64,000 nucleotides of DNA from a virus, in IMG/VR virus record IMGVR_UViG_3300045740_000163, positions 1 to 64,000 of that record; one strand, 5' to 3'. How positions within the stretch are numbered: position 1 is the first letter of the stretch; each line of letters starts with the position of its first letter. The position numbers and the translations under genes are program-made. A model generated the notes under the pieces. That model saw only the letters and a program-made list of their open reading frames with translations. It was not told the origin of the DNA and did no database searches. Positions 1 through 8,473 of this stretch are shown here, piece by piece.

Positions 1-86
1 CCAGAGTAAGCGTAACTCGCTGGTGCCATTGAAGGGCCGTTCATACGCTTACTCTAAACGCCTCAAATCCTGCAATTATTTTACTA

Positions 87-1877
87 TCAATATCCAGCGT
101 ACATCGCAGCACGAGGCGCTTGTTGCTGAATAAAGTCTTTGACTCGTTGCAGGTGAGGCTGAACTTGAGGGGATGTTGCCCCGACCATGTCGAAAGCACC
201 GGGATTGCCGTTCACCACGGCGTCAGCAGTTGCTTCAGCGTTACCAACAGCAGCAGAATCAACCTTGGAGCCAATCGGAGCAGTCACTGTGGTGGTAGTG
301 ATTGACTCAGCGCTCTGCTGATTAGCTGCAGGATTAACTAGCTGACGACGCTGATACTCATAAGCAAGCGCGGGGTTCGATTGAGCCCAAGCAGAAAGTT
401 GAGCACCGATGGTGGGAGATTGTCCCTCCATGTACTTCATCAGTTCCCGCTGCTTATCAGCTGAACCTGCGTAAGCCGCACGAGCAGCGTAGTAATCTTC
501 AATGCTGCGGTACTTCTCAGGGCTCATGGGTTCCACAGCGCGGCGTACAGCGGCTGCGCCAGGAGCAGACTGAGCGAGGGCTTCGCGGATCGTGCTTTCT
601 CGCTGAAGATTCCCCGTGGTGACGATAGGAGCTGCTGCAGGGTCGATGTTGCCAGGAGCAGGAGGAGCTGCAACTGCAGCAGGATCCACAATGCCTAGCG
701 GGCTACCGTCTGCCTCGGTGAACAAGGGAGTCGTCGGGACCTGAGCCAAAGGAAGACTGGGAGGAGAACCAGCAGTTGTCTCGCCCGTGCGGTCACGAGG
801 CATCATCCCTGCGACACCAGCACCAAACAAACCAAGACCAGCCGCTCCAGTCGCAGCTCGGAAAGCAGGATTGTTTAAGAGAGCGCCGAGATCGACAAGC
901 TCAGCTCCGCTTGCTGCATTACGAGCAAACGCAGCAGACGCCAAGGGATCCACGGGGGCGGGGCCTGCGCCGCCACCGAATGCAGGACGCGGAGCGACAG
1001 GGCCGAAGTCGGCCGCTTCACGCATCATCATGGTTCCAATGCGTTCTTGAGCTTCCTTAGGAAGTTGACGCAGAAGTTCCGGGCGGATGTTGTATTCGCC
1101 GCTAAAGATATCAGGTAATTTGGACGTAAAGAATGATTGCTGGCCTTCAGGTGTTCCGACAGGGCGAACAACTTCAGGTTGCGCTTGGCTTAAACGAATC
1201 GTTTCAAGATTCCGTTCAGTCGCTACAGGACCGCCGCGATAAGGCTGTCCGCCAATCGGGGTACCCTCGGGTCGAAGAGCACCTTTAGCTGTGGTGAATT
1301 CAGTAGCCGCACGCGATCCAGGGGGAAAACGAAGATCGAGCTGACCCTGGACTGGTGTACCAGTCATCGAGGGACCTTGCATCGGAGCTCGCAGAGGGCC
1401 CTGAACTGTAGGCTGAGTAATTAAATCCTCTGTAAACTGAGTGCGTGCAGCAGGCGACTGTAAGGTCTCTTGTGTAGTAGTCGCAAGGGCGCCTCCACGC
1501 GGGCGTGGTCCCTGCATCGGCTGAGTGATAAGGGTATTTATGGTTCGCGACCCAGCGGGAGGAGTCGCGGTCCCACCCCATTGAGGTACCGGAGCTTGAC
1601 CCAGTTGACGGGAAGTGGGGACATTCAGGGTACCTAAAGTGCCTAAATTCCCACCGCGCTGGCTGACAACAGAAGGAAAAGCAGTAAGCTCATCCATCAA
1701 ACCAGCTTGTACGGCTGCTCGGCGGACAGGGTCGCTGATGCCTCGCACACCGCTCATCTCAGCAGCCGGGAGAACCTGCCGAACGGACTCCATTAACTGA
1801 CGTGCTTGCTTAGCGCCGCCAGCACGTTGAATTAAGTTCCTAAGAAGACCGAACCCCCCACGAATACCCGACTGCAT
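87..1877 (-). CDS. hypothetical Ala/Pro/Gln-rich protein, probable internal virion protein
   Basis: 596-aa ORF in the late minus-strand block; low complexity; internal LITQPxxQGP repeats; WAQSNPALAY motif shared with 25857..26705. Confidence 0.6.
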   Translation of the reverse strand: MQSGIRGGFGLLRNLIQRAGGAKQARQLMESVRQVLPAAEMSGVRGISDPVRRAAVQAGLMDELTAFPSVVSQRGGNLGTLGTLNVPTSRQLGQAPVPQWGGTATPPAGSRTINTLITQPMQGPRPRGGALATTTQETLQSPAARTQFTEDLITQPTVQGPLRAPMQGPSMTGTPVQGQLDLRFPPGSRAATEFTTAKGALRPEGTPIGGQPYRGGPVATERNLETIRLSQAQPEVVRPVGTPEGQQSFFTSKLPDIFSGEYNIRPELLRQLPKEAQERIGTMMMREAADFGPVAPRPAFGGGAGPAPVDPLASAAFARNAASGAELVDLGALLNNPAFRAATGAAGLGLFGAGVAGMMPRDRTGETTAGSPPSLPLAQVPTTPLFTEADGSPLGIVDPAAVAAPPAPGNIDPAAAPIVTTGNLQRESTIREALAQSAPGAAAVRRAVEPMSPEKYRSIEDYYAARAAYAGSADKQRELMKYMEGQSPTIGAQLSAWAQSNPALAYEYQRRQLVNPAANQQSAESITTTTVTAPIGSKVDSAAVGNAEATADAVVNGNPGAFDMVGATSPQVQPHLQRVKDFIQQQAPRAAMYAGY

Positions 1878-1908
1878 CTCTAGTTAACGCAAGATCAATA
1901 GAGACAGT

Positions 1909-2529
1909 CTATCTCCAATTTGCGTAAAAGTAGAGACGGTCTGAGCGAGAAACGTCTGGAGGACCAGGGATCGCCTGGATGAACTCTCCACCACTACGCT
2001 CAAATCGATACCGTGAAGCCACGGGGTCTTTGTAGTTTGGTACGTAAAGCATTTCAGCTAAACGACCGCACTCGTATAGATAGTTTTCGCGCCAGATTCG
2101 AGCTGTTTCCCGCTTATCCTGAATCGAGATAGAGCGAGAAACGTCACCAAGAATTGTTTCCTGACGGCTGGTAGCCCTTCCGGCAGCCAGTTCAGTTAGA
2201 CGCTCAGCTTCTTCACAGCGCTCGACCTGAGCAACGATTTTGTCGTAATAAAACTCACTAGGAATACTGTTACAAGCCTCCAAAAGGCGAGCGTAGTCAC
2301 CAGCAGGAACTGTGGCAATGTTATATCCTAAGTGATAAGCAATACGACTGAAGTTAAAATCATCAACACGGTAGCCAAAGGTTTGCGCAGGGTTACGCGT
2401 TAGCTGATTAACTGCCGCGTAAATTACTTCGCGCTTTGTGGCGTCTGTGCTAGTGGGTTGAAATACAACCCCCTGCTGAGCTAGAAAAGATTGAATCTGT
2501 TCTAGCTCGTTCTGGCTTAACTGCGCCAC
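1909..2529 (-). CDS. hypothetical protein, possible head-completion/adaptor
   Basis: 206-aa globular ORF downstream of the capsid genes; function inferred from position only. Confidence 0.5.
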   Translation of the reverse strand: MAQLSQNELEQIQSFLAQQGVVFQPTSTDATKREVIYAAVNQLTRNPAQTFGYRVDDFNFSRIAYHLGYNIATVPAGDYARLLEACNSIPSEFYYDKIVAQVERCEEAERLTELAAGRATSRQETILGDVSRSISIQDKRETARIWRENYLYECGRLAEMLYVPNYKDPVASRYRFERSGGEFIQAIPGPPDVSRSDRLYFYANWR

Positions 2530-2551
2530 AACCCAGTACCCTTACATTTCT

Positions 2552-3007
2552 CTATTCTACGTACACAACTCCAGTAGCAAACACTTCGGACCATTCGACT
2601 CGTTTAATACTTTCAAGTTGTTCGAGCTTTGTAAAACGCTCACCAGGCAAGGATTGACGAAGTTCGACAATTTCTTTAGCCGTTTTAAGGCCGACTCCAG
2701 GCAGACACTGTGTCAAACCTTCCGGAGTGAGGTTATTTAAGTTAATACGATTGTCAGTAGGAGGAAGTGGCTTGACGACAGTCACTTCAACCTCATCTTT
2801 CTTGATGTTCCGACGCCCACGGCGGGTTTGGAGCGTATTCGAAACCGTTTTTGGCTCTAAATCCTCTTTAAACTCATCAACTTGATCTTTATGAGCGAAG
2901 AAAACCTTACCAGTGGTGCTGGAGCGCACCATAAAGTACTCACCGTCGTCGTGAGTAGAGATTACGTCGATCTTAACCCCACTGGGCTTATAGACTTTGG
3001 CGGACAT
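2552..3007 (-). CDS. helix-hairpin-helix (ComEA-like) DNA-binding protein
   Basis: C-terminal RINLNNLTPEGLTQCLPGVGLKTAKEIVELR...FTKLEQL matches the ComEA HhH pattern. Confidence 0.8.
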   Translation of the reverse strand: MSAKVYKPSGVKIDVISTHDDGEYFMVRSSTTGKVFFAHKDQVDEFKEDLEPKTVSNTLQTRRGRRNIKKDEVEVTVVKPLPPTDNRINLNNLTPEGLTQCLPGVGLKTAKEIVELRQSLPGERFTKLEQLESIKRVEWSEVFATGVVYVE

Positions 3008-3050
3008 CTGAAAAAGTCAGTATGTGGGCAGTAGTTTAGATCAAAATAGC

Positions 3051-3314
3051 CTAATCCTCACGCATACGCTTCAGGTCTTTCTCGAAATTGCCTAAAAACT
3101 CGGCTCGTTTAGCCCAAGTGTCCCCGCCTGTGCATCCTTTTTTGGGGTTGATGCAGACAGGATCGTTAACTCTGTTACAAACAAGCCCTGCAAGATCTAA
3201 CTCATTGCCTTTATAGCCGGTTTTCCAGTGATGTACGCCGTTAAGCCACGTGGCGCCACACCGAGAACACTCTCTACGCTCTAGCTTTAGATCTGAAAGC
3301 TCCCGATCGTCCAT
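3051..3314 (-). CDS. conserved cyanophage-type Cys-rich protein
   Basis: CxxCGAxWxNGxHxWxTG..GNELDLAGLVCN..CINP pattern typical of small cyanophage proteins. Confidence 0.7.
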   Translation of the reverse strand: MDDRELSDLKLERRECSRCGATWLNGVHHWKTGYKGNELDLAGLVCNRVNDPVCINPKKGCTGGDTWAKRAEFLGNFEKDLKRMRED

Positions 3315-3405
3315 ATAAGTGGATAATTACGGTACGCTTCATTAACTCTGACAGCGGAATGCGTTAAATACTGTAAAAAATTAATTAAGAACAGGAAATA
3401 AAGAC

Positions 3406-3433
3406 AAAAAAAGACCCCTCCGAAGAAGGGGTC
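3406..3433 (-). terminator. intrinsic terminator
   Basis: minus strand GACCCCTT-CTTCG-GAGGGGTC followed by T7. Confidence 0.75.
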
Positions 3434-3493
3434 CCCCTTGGTTTCGCAACCTGAGTATATCAGATACAGTGTCTACACGTTAAGGCTCCTCCC

Positions 3494-3994
3494 ATGGACC
3501 GAAACCCGCAGGCCAAGCATCCGTTATACCAGACCTGGAAAGATATGAGAGATCGCTGCCTTAACCCTAATAACACAGCTTACCAAAAGTGGTATGGCGC
3601 AAAAGGTATCACTGTATGTGAAAGATGGCTTAAGAGAAATCCTATTGGTACAAACAAAGGATGGGCTCCTGGATTTCAAGCTTTTGTTGAGGATATGGGA
3701 CCAAAACCAACTCCAAAACATCAACTCGATCGTATAGACCCAGCAAAGAGTTACGAGCCCTCAAATTGTCGTTGGGTTACAACTTCAGAACAGGCTTCAA
3801 ACAAAAAACCATATAAAAGACCTTCTGTTCAAGGAGAGAAGAATAAAAACGTTAAAATTACTGAAGAAAAAGTAAAACAACTTAGAAAAGATAGAAAACA
3901 AGGATATACGTATGACCAACTCAAAAGTAAATACGGTATTTCTAAATCTACAGTGGCTCAAATAGTAAAAAGAAAAACTTGGCAACATATATAA
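3494..3994 (+). CDS. HNH homing endonuclease with C-terminal HTH
   Basis: W..MR.RC.NP...YGAKGITVCERW...LDRID....YEPSNCRW motif; AT-rich; opposite strand to its neighbours. Confidence 0.85.
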   Translation: MDRNPQAKHPLYQTWKDMRDRCLNPNNTAYQKWYGAKGITVCERWLKRNPIGTNKGWAPGFQAFVEDMGPKPTPKHQLDRIDPAKSYEPSNCRWVTTSEQASNKKPYKRPSVQGEKNKNVKITEEKVKQLRKDRKQGYTYDQLKSKYGISKSTVAQIVKRKTWQHI

Positions 3995-3996
3995 TT

Positions 3997-4021
3997 AAAA
4001 AGCCTCTCCCGAAGGAGAGGC
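3997..4021 (-). terminator. intrinsic terminator of the capsid operon
   Basis: minus strand GCCTCTCC-TTCG-GGAGAGGC followed by T5. Confidence 0.85.
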
Positions 4022-4043
4022 GTATACGCTCTAGAGCGTTAGA

Positions 4044-4922
4044 TCACGTCGGTGATGTCGAGGTGTACACCGAAGATTCGATGAGACCACCGGGCTGCAG
4101 AGCGAGATCGGCACGCTCCGGAGGTGCGTCGGGAACGATCCAGCACACTTCGCAGATAGCGAGGGCTTTGTTCTTACCAGCCAGCTTGCCAGCAGCGGCA
4201 CGGGGATCATAGATACCCGAACCTTGGGCCAGACCAGAAGCGGCAACACCGCCCAGGTTGCTGGTGGTGAACAGTTTCCACTGGGTATCAGCAGTCAGAG
4301 CAGACAGGCTGCTCGAATTGATGATGTTGGTGGAACCGACAGTGCCGTTAGCAATGCGGCTGTTCGAGCCAGTGACGGAAGTACCGAACTGACCGGACAC
4401 CACGGTGGTGGTGTTGCGCAGACCTTGGCCCACAGAGGGGATCAGGGTCAGCTGAGGAGTAGCAGAACCGCCGGCGACGCCGGAGCTCACCACATCGCCG
4501 CCGTCCACACGGAGGGAGGTACGGTACACGAAAGCACCAGAAGGCACAGTAATGCCGTTGGTGATGTCGGCCCGAATGTCCTTGTGGTAATCGGGGGAGG
4601 GGATGATGACGTTGGCGTTCAGGAAGGGCTGTTGAGCACCGTTCTGACCGGAACCATAAGGCTGGGTGTAGTAATCCAGCTGATTATTGGTGCCGAGAGC
4701 CTGATAGCTCAGGTCAACGTAACCGATGGCTTGCTGAGCAATCCAACCGGGACGGAACACCACGCCCACGGGGCCACCAACGGGTTGGTTGGTGTAGCTC
4801 GTTTGAACGCCATTGGCGTTCTCGAACTGCATGGTTTTTTCTTCGTGCCAGTAACGAAGAACGTTGGTGTAGTTGCCGGGATAAATCTTGGCAACCGAGA
4901 TCTGGTTAGGGTTGATCGTCAT
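4044..4922 (-). CDS. probable minor capsid/decoration protein
   Basis: directly follows the major capsid gene; strong SD (GAGGAGG); highly expressed codon usage; Gly/Ser/Thr-rich. Confidence 0.6.
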   Translation of the reverse strand: MTINPNQISVAKIYPGNYTNVLRYWHEEKTMQFENANGVQTSYTNQPVGGPVGVVFRPGWIAQQAIGYVDLSYQALGTNNQLDYYTQPYGSGQNGAQQPFLNANVIIPSPDYHKDIRADITNGITVPSGAFVYRTSLRVDGGDVVSSGVAGGSATPQLTLIPSVGQGLRNTTTVVSGQFGTSVTGSNSRIANGTVGSTNIINSSSLSALTADTQWKLFTTSNLGGVAASGLAQGSGIYDPRAAAGKLAGKNKALAICEVCWIVPDAPPERADLALQPGGLIESSVYTSTSPT

Positions 4923-4936
4923 TGTTAGTTACCTCC

Positions 4937-6052
4937 TCAAGCGTCGAAAGAGTAACCAACGGTGACGAAGTCAGCATTCAGAAGCTCGAAACCTGCGTAC
5001 AGGCTCCAAATCATCATGATGAAGCGGCTGAAGTCGTCGTTGTTGTTGAGCAGCACCTGGGCGTTGTTGCCACCGATGCCGACACCAACAGCTTGAGGAC
5101 CAAAGAAGATACCGACAGCAGCGTTGTAATCAGCGGTGCTGGAGGCGATGGTCGCGCTCTGAGTTTGGGTAGGCATGTTGGTGCTTTCGAAGAAGCGCAC
5201 GCCTTCAAACACGAAGCCGGTGGGCATGATCGGCTCGCCAGCCACGAAGGTGGCTTGGCCGAAGCCTTGACCCATGTACAGGGCAGCGTTGGGCTGCATC
5301 CCGGACATGAGGGGATTGATTTGACCGTTGCCAGGATAACGAGCAACTTCGCGGAAGTCGCTGTTCTGACGCAGGTGCATCAGGAAGGTGGGATCGCAAA
5401 CGCAGCGATAGAAACCATCCTGGAAGGTAGGAGTGTTCCGCTTGCGCAGGCTCTTCACCACGCGCAGCAGGTCATCCTTAACGTCGAACTTAGCTTGCTC
5501 GGCGTTGGTGTAGCTCAGAGCACCGGTGGCGAGATCACCGGGGAAGTAGTAACCGCCTTGGGTGTCAGAAGACTGACCCTTAGAAACAGCCTTCAGGAGT
5601 TCATTGATGAACACCCGATCACGCCAACGACGATAGTCGTCGAGCAGAGTCAGGCTGCCGATGGACTGGTGGAAAGTGGTGAGGTTGCCAGTGTCCAGCA
5701 GAAGGCGCTGGGCAGTGATCAGAGTCTCACGCGCAATCTTGAAGGTGCTGGGCTGAGTGGGATCACTCGGGTCAGCAGGGCCGGTGTACTCGCGAAGAGT
5801 CACGAGCACCTTATCCTTCACAATATTGCGGCTGTTAGCAGTACCGATGGTCTGCTCAGCAGTACGCTCGCGAGATTCTTTAGAGCCAGGATTACCGAAG
5901 AACCGGTAGCGATCTAACTGAACCGTCTGGCCGGGCTGCTTCGAGAAGTCGTGAACAACCACAGGCTCCGCAGCCATCTCAACGATGTATGCGGGGTGAG
6001 GACGGTAAAGTTCCGCACCAAGGATCTTCGGGAAGTCGTTGTCAATAAACAA
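4937..6052 (-). CDS. major capsid protein
   Basis: 371 aa; GQTVQLDRY, GVRFFES and C-terminal DDFSRF..IW motifs resemble N4-gp56-like HK97-fold capsids; strongly biased codons; located after scaffold and portal. Confidence 0.85.
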   Translation of the reverse strand: MFIDNDFPKILGAELYRPHPAYIVEMAAEPVVVHDFSKQPGQTVQLDRYRFFGNPGSKESRERTAEQTIGTANSRNIVKDKVLVTLREYTGPADPSDPTQPSTFKIARETLITAQRLLLDTGNLTTFHQSIGSLTLLDDYRRWRDRVFINELLKAVSKGQSSDTQGGYYFPGDLATGALSYTNAEQAKFDVKDDLLRVVKSLRKRNTPTFQDGFYRCVCDPTFLMHLRQNSDFREVARYPGNGQINPLMSGMQPNAALYMGQGFGQATFVAGEPIMPTGFVFEGVRFFESTNMPTQTQSATIASSTADYNAAVGIFFGPQAVGVGIGGNNAQVLLNNNDDFSRFIMMIWSLYAGFELLNADFVTVGYSFDA

Positions 6053-6134
6053 CGCTTATCTCCGAAAAAACTACCTACTAACTATAAGAGTGGAGAGGGC
6101 CCCATAAACTACAGGTTGTTGCAATTTTAGTGTT

Positions 6135-6938
6135 TTAAATTTTTGTCCCTGGGCTAAATTTGCGCACCATGTTACGCACACCTTCACCAAGCACACCGTA
6201 TATAGAACCGTAGTTCGGAACATACCTTAATGACTTCCCTCGGTAGCTGAAGCGGACCGGGGCGCCCATCTGGCCAGGAACGCCGGAGTAACGAGTTTCC
6301 GTGAAACTTTGACAGTAGATAGGGTAGTGATACACCCACGCGGCACGAGAGCCTGAGGTGTCGTTAGTTGGGTTAGTAAGCGAAGGAGAGGCAACCGTGG
6401 GGTGAGTAACTCCCCCGCCGGTGATACCCCCTCCGTCTATCGTGTTGTCGTTTGAACTAGGTGTTTGGAACGGAGAGTAGACCTGGTTATCAGGAATCTG
6501 CTCGCCATACCAAGTGTGCGTACCGAAGTTACGCAGACCAGGCTCAGGGCCGTAAGCAGTCTGGACACTCGCGTTAGCGTTGGTGTAGATACCCTGCGCA
6601 CGAAAACCGACATAGCTATCGAGCAACCCAGATGCGTGAGGCTGGGTATTCTGATAGTTTGTCCAGTAACCAGAAACTGCAGGCGGTACTGCGCGCCAAT
6701 CCGTAGTGAAATAACCGCTGATATTCGGCGGACCTACAGGAATACGCCCAAAATCAGCACCTTCATCGTTGACTCCGAACCAGGTTTGTTGGACACCAGA
6801 CGGAGGAACATATCCACTCGAAACAACTAAATAGGTATCCGTCAGGTCCAGGTTGTCGCCTGTGCGCTGAGGTCCAGATTGAATCGGGTGATAGAGGTTT
6901 TTATCGTATTTCCAATTAGTTTGCGGTGCGTATACCAT
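6135..6938 (-). CDS. hypothetical protein (head module)
   Basis: 267-aa Gly/Tyr/Pro-rich ORF upstream of the major capsid gene. Confidence 0.6.
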   Translation of the reverse strand: MVYAPQTNWKYDKNLYHPIQSGPQRTGDNLDLTDTYLVVSSGYVPPSGVQQTWFGVNDEGADFGRIPVGPPNISGYFTTDWRAVPPAVSGYWTNYQNTQPHASGLLDSYVGFRAQGIYTNANASVQTAYGPEPGLRNFGTHTWYGEQIPDNQVYSPFQTPSSNDNTIDGGGITGGGVTHPTVASPSLTNPTNDTSGSRAAWVYHYPIYCQSFTETRYSGVPGQMGAPVRFSYRGKSLRYVPNYGSIYGVLGEGVRNMVRKFSPGTKI

Positions 6939-7001
6939 AGTGCTACTACAGCTTATTTAATTGTACTTGGTCTAAAATATTTAAGAGCTTTGTAAGGGCG
7001 A

Positions 7002-7337
7002 ATGTCCTCGCACGTTGAGAGAGCCCTTACAGTGTTTTTCGAAGATCCTGAAGCTTCTATCGCCTGTTTCTCAGGTTCGATAACGGAAAGTTTGACGCAC
7101 CCACGCGGCATTAAAAAAGTTATTCCGTACTTAATTAAGGCATCAATCGTCGGCTACATGCTGGCTACCTTTGTCAGCCCCGCCATCGAAGAGCGGTTTA
7201 AACTCACAAAAAATGAGGCCATAGCGACCTCATTTATTATTGGTTACGCAGGAATTCGAATTTTGGCAGCAGCGGAAAGACTTGCCGAAAAGGAATTCGA
7301 GCGCAGATTGGGAAAGAAAGAAGACGATATCAGCTGA
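7002..7337 (+). CDS. small membrane protein, holin-like
   Basis: two hydrophobic segments and a charged C-terminal tail. Confidence 0.5.
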   Translation: MSSHVERALTVFFEDPEASIACFSGSITESLTHPRGIKKVIPYLIKASIVGYMLATFVSPAIEERFKLTKNEAIATSFIIGYAGIRILAAAERLAEKEFERRLGKKEDDIS

Positions 7338-7467
7338 TAACAACAGAGTCGTCGAATGTATTAGCTGTTTCAGCCTGAGGTTCAGTAGCCTGAACTTCTT
7401 GAGTCGGCTCTTGGGTTTCTTCTTGTTTGGCGTCTTCTTTACGAGGGCGGTAACTAAGTGAGCGCAT
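7330..7467 (-). CDS. small acidic protein (45 aa, not in ORF track)
   Basis: manual translation MRSLSYRPRKEDAKQEETQEPTQEVQATEPQAETANTFDDSVVIS. Confidence 0.5.
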   Translation of the reverse strand: MRSLSYRPRKEDAKQEETQEPTQEVQATEPQAETANTFDDSVVIS

Positions 7468-7499
7468 AATCAAAACTTGTCTTTAAAAACACTAGCAAG

Positions 7500-7525
7500 A
7501 AAAAAGCCTCCCGTTTTGGGAGGCT
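7500..7525 (-). terminator. intrinsic terminator after the scaffold gene
   Basis: minus strand AGCCTCCC-AAAAC-GGGAGGCT followed by a T-run. Confidence 0.8.
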
Positions 7526-7549
7526 GTGAACTTTAGCGTTTTGAAGCTA

Positions 7550-8473
7550 TCAGGCAGGGTCCATGAAGAGGAGCTTGCTGCGCATAGCTTCAGGGCCCAT
7601 CTGCTGCAGAACACGCCAGGCGTTCTCGGGGCTGCGATTCATAACATCGCTGAACTGTTCCCACTGTTGCTGGGGAGCTGCACCCATGGCAGAACCACCG
7701 GCGTTGGCCGGAGGAGCGGGCATGTCATAGCGAGGCTGATAAGCCTGGGCCTGCTGCTCGTAAACACTGGTCTCACCATCGATGTCCACGGGGACAACCT
7801 CCGTGAAGTAACGATCAGTGTAGTTAGCCAGATGATCAGGATCAGTCAGGATGATCTGCATCGCGTCGTGGCGAGCAGCCAGAGCGTCCATTTGCTGAGC
7901 TTGATCGATCAGAAGATCTTCAAGCGAGCAGGCATACTGATTCAGAATGCCAGGAGCTTCGATCCCGAAGTGATTAACGACCTCGGCGGTTACGGGACTT
8001 ACGCTCGTTTGCGGGTCCGTAGAAGTTTGCGAGGAAATTTGGGTCGGTGAAGCGCTGGTATACGAGGTCGGCGCTACCTGCTGTTCCTGATAAGCCCAGG
8101 GTTGGGCCTGTAAATTCTGACTGCTCAGTTGAGTAGCCAGTTGCGTAGTTGCCTGGTAAGGCGACTGTTGAGCCGGGCTGAGGGATTGAGGATTGACCTG
8201 CGTCAGCACCCGCTCCAGGGTACCCATCGCTGCTTCCCAAGGATTGCTCGGGGAGGATTGCGACGTTAACGGGTTGAACTGGTTGCTGATAGAAGGGGCC
8301 GAAGCCTGTTGTACCTGCGACGGCGGTTGGGCTGTAGGTACCGAAGCTACCGCCGGGGTAGAGGTTTGCGCCACCCACTGCGGGTAGGCGGTTGAGCCCT
8401 GGTCCGAGGATACCGCCGGGGCTGCCGCCGGGGAGACCGGGCTCGGGGTCGAAGCTTGGATCTGCTGGCTCAT
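7550..8473 (-). CDS. probable capsid scaffolding protein
   Basis: Gln/Ser/Ala/Pro-rich disordered N-terminus and helical C-terminus; lies between portal and major capsid. Confidence 0.6.
   Translation of the reverse strand: MSQQIQASTPSPVSPAAAPAVSSDQGSTAYPQWVAQTSTPAVASVPTAQPPSQVQQASAPSISNQFNPLTSQSSPSNPWEAAMGTLERVLTQVNPQSLSPAQQSPYQATTQLATQLSSQNLQAQPWAYQEQQVAPTSYTSASPTQISSQTSTDPQTSVSPVTAEVVNHFGIEAPGILNQYACSLEDLLIDQAQQMDALAARHDAMQIILTDPDHLANYTDRYFTEVVPVDIDGETSVYEQQAQAYQPRYDMPAPPANAGGSAMGAAPQQQWEQFSDVMNRSPENAWRVLQQMGPEAMRSKLLFMDPA

Noticed and set aside
1149-1163. AGGTGTTCCGACAGG match to 32099-32113
   Set aside because: Single match inside a coding sequence with no companion motifs; cannot be distinguished from chance
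4224-5917. Long + strand ORFs (234 and 331 aa) opposite the capsid genes
   Set aside because: Antisense shadows of strongly biased codon usage; no motifs
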